A stretch of DNA of 64,000 nucleotides from Gekko japonicus (lineage: Eukaryota). The position numbers were made by a program, and so were the translations under genes. The stretch is taken from assembly GCF_001447785.1 (NCBI RefSeq), contig NW_015177015.1, positions 458,165-522,164 on the forward strand, read 5' to 3'. The notes beneath the pieces are model-generated. The model worked only from the letters and a program-made list of their open reading frames with translations. It was not told the DNA's origin and ran no database searches. This document shows, piece by piece, positions 62,971 to 64,000 of this stretch (its first letter is position 1; the number at the start of each line of letters is the position of its first letter).

Positions 62971-64000
62971 GCATACTATGATCTATGGCACTGGTTCCCA
63001 AAGTGGACCATACTGCCCCCTGGAAAGTGCTGGAATGATCCAGGTGGGCGGTAGGACCCTTGGGTGCAATTGGGGGGCGTTGAATAAAAATAAAGGGGCG
63101 GTGGAAGCATAAAGAAAGAGTCCAGAACCTATCTAAAGCAATCTTTTCCTGCCTTCTCCTGGTCTTCCCTGGGATCAGGGAGAGGGGGAGGAGGAGAGGG
63201 GTCCCCACAGCCAATCACAGCCATGCATTTGCAAATTGCAAATGTATGTGCACCCTTGTAATGCTGGTGTTGCTGCGGGGCTATTGTGTGGTGGCTGCTG
63301 CTGGCCTCTGGCTTCAGGCCTTCAGCTGCTCTGTCTCTGCCTTGGACTTAGGGTTGCCAAGTCATACTTCCGAAAAGCGGGGGGAGTCTGGAACCTCCCC
63401 TGGAGTCCTCTTGCGTGCGTGCTTTGCGCGCACTCCGTGATGGCATCACCCAGAAGTGACGTCATCGCATTGGGCATATTGGGGCGGGGCCACAATCATT
63501 CGAGGGAAGTTTAGAGTTTTCCCTCGAATGATGGAGCGTCCCCCACAACATGCCCGAGGTGATGAGGTCACCTCCGGGTGATGTCTTCATGCCGGGCATG
63601 TCGCACACTTTGGGGGTGGGGTTCCGGGCCAGCGGGGAATGGGCCTCTTGGACAGGTGTTTCCCTGGCCCCTGGGGGGATCTGTCAATCCTATTTGGCCT
63701 GCCTGCCTGCGTGGATCATGGTGGACTCTACCTGGACTGAAGAAGACATCTAAAAGGTAAGATTTGGGGAAAATACATATTATTTTAAAAGAAGGATATT
63801 AGTAAAAGGACCTTTTAAATTAGTGTCCCTTTACTTTAGGTTGGGCGGCCTGCTTGGGGGTGGCTTTGGGCTACAGTTCTGTTGGGTGTGGGGTGGGGGC
63901 TGGCTAAGCTTTACTCTCTTACAGTTAATAATTTTGAGGAAAAGTTTTAAAAGTTTGGTTTGCATTTAAAAGTATTTCTGTTGGATTGTTTTTTTAAATT

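Noticed and set aside
63340-63760. Possible promoter or first exon of a further gene (donor-like aag|gtaag at about 63756)
   Set aside because: The region starts with a TAGGGTTGCCA MITE end and shows no recognisable coding homology; insufficient support.

Overview
This is eukaryotic vertebrate DNA, not prokaryotic. The repeat content (CR1, L2, RTE/BovB, Sauria-type SINE, Penelope-like elements, hAT MITEs) points to a squamate reptile, probably a gecko (inference). The window holds the conserved syntenic block HSPB11/IFT25 (last exons, +), DIO1 (4 exons, -, in-frame UGA selenocysteine codon plus a 3'UTR SECIS), YIPF1 (8 coding exons, +, 306 aa) and NDC1 (18 exons, +, 683 aa). I reconstructed the exons by hand from splice sites and recognised protein sequence. 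Main oddities: (1) DIO1 exon 3 carries a +1 frameshift, and two normally conserved active-site-region residues are substituted, although the Sec codon and SECIS are intact. (2) A 652-bp near-identical duplication copies a 44-nt HSPB11 coding exon. (3) Several Penelope-like inverted-repeat elements carry minimal hammerhead ribozymes: two intact CUGAGGA/GAAA/GUC copies and a U3-A8 core variant. The variant lies in a near-perfect 261-bp-arm palindrome that inserted into another element's ribozyme core. (4) There is also a Helitron, a deleted Gypsy element, a solo LTR, hAT MITEs and a ~150-bp tandem array in the DIO1/YIPF1 divergent promoter region. Most ORFs in the supplied track are spurious. 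No database searches or folding programs were run.
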